The notes beneath the pieces were generated by a model. That model was not told where the DNA came from. It was given only the letters and a program-made list of their open reading frames with translations, and made no database searches. The translations under genes were made by a program, and so were the position numbers. DNA of 64,000 nt, taken from contig JAGIQG010000002.1 in assembly GCA_024679065.1 (NCBI GenBank), positions 71,424,001-71,488,000 of the forward strand, read 5' to 3'. This stretch comes from Sphyrna mokarran (taxonomy: Eukaryota). Below, piece after piece: positions 63,185 to 64,000 of the stretch (position 1 is the stretch's first letter; every line of letters begins with the position of its first letter).

Positions 63185-63467
63185 GTATGTCCCTCAAAAT
63201 GAGTATTGTTTTTATATTAGATACAATTGAATAAGCGTATTGAACTATAATACTTTTGTGTGGAGCAGCAGAGTAAAATTACACATTAAAATAGGTAAAG
63301 CAATCCTGTTCTTTTTACAATAAACACAAATGGCTTACAATTGATTGGTTTACTAGTCTTAAATTTAAAATCAACTGTTTTGTATAAATAATGGATGTTC
63401 AAGCATTTGTGTTCATCTGTGTCTTATTGATATCACACTAAAGGTATCCTAGAATCATAAAATCAAT

Positions 63468-63800
63468 CATAGAATTCCTACAGTGCAGGAGGAGGCCACT
63501 CGACCCATTGAGCCTGCATGAACAACAATCCCACCCAGGCCCTAACTGCATAATCCTATGTATTTATCCTGATAATCCATGTATTTATCTTGATAATCCC
63601 CTAATACAAAGGGCCAATTTAGTATGGCCAGTCCACCTAACCCGCACATCCTTGGATTGTGGGAGGAAACCGGTGCACCAGGTGAAAACTCAAGCAGACA
63701 CAGGGAAAACGTGCAAATTCCACACATGCAGTGATTCGAGGCTGGAATTGAACCCGGGTCCCTGGTACTATGAAATAGCAGTGTTAACCACTGTCTGCCC
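63468..63800 (-). mobile_element. HE1/V-SINE in intron 28
   Basis: catagaattcctacagtgcagg tail, core and head, with an internal ~21-bp tandem duplication near 63558-63600. Confidence 0.85.
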
Positions 63801-64000
63801 CTCCTCTTCAAGGATGAAAGCTAATGATACGAAACAAATATTTAAGACATTCAGAACAATTAATTCATTCATTCATCGGAAATATCAGCGGGAAGAAGTT
63901 GGTATAAACAAGTTAAGCAACTCATGCATTCATATCTCCTGTAATCATTTCTGTACTTTTTAAATATGGTGTAATTACTGAGAAGAATAATATGGAGCGG

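Overview
Eukaryotic, AT-rich genomic DNA from a cartilaginous fish, most likely a shark (inferred from abundant HE1/V-SINEs, DeuSINE-type SINEs, and CR1, L2, Penelope, Gypsy and Harbinger remnants). Positions 1 to about 27.5 kb are repeat-dense intergenic DNA. From about 30.4 kb to the end, the + strand carries the promoter and exons 1-28 of a collagen type I alpha-2 gene (COL1A2). The gene has the signal peptide MLSFVDTRILLLL, no VWC domain, the conserved 5' stem-loop with two uORFs, and 45/54/99/108-bp Gly-X-Y exons with GT-AG boundaries; it continues past the window. The main finding is an extra 54-bp Gly-X-Y exon. Two intact but strongly diverged versions of exon 24 (57749-57802 and 57843-57896) are separated by only 40 nt. 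This points to sterically enforced, mutually exclusive splicing inside the collagen triple helix, just upstream of an alpha1-like RGQAGMMGF ligand-binding motif. Exon boundaries were read by hand, repeat boundaries are approximate, and human/fish comparisons are from memory. Almost all ORFs in the supplied track are spurious or repeat-derived.
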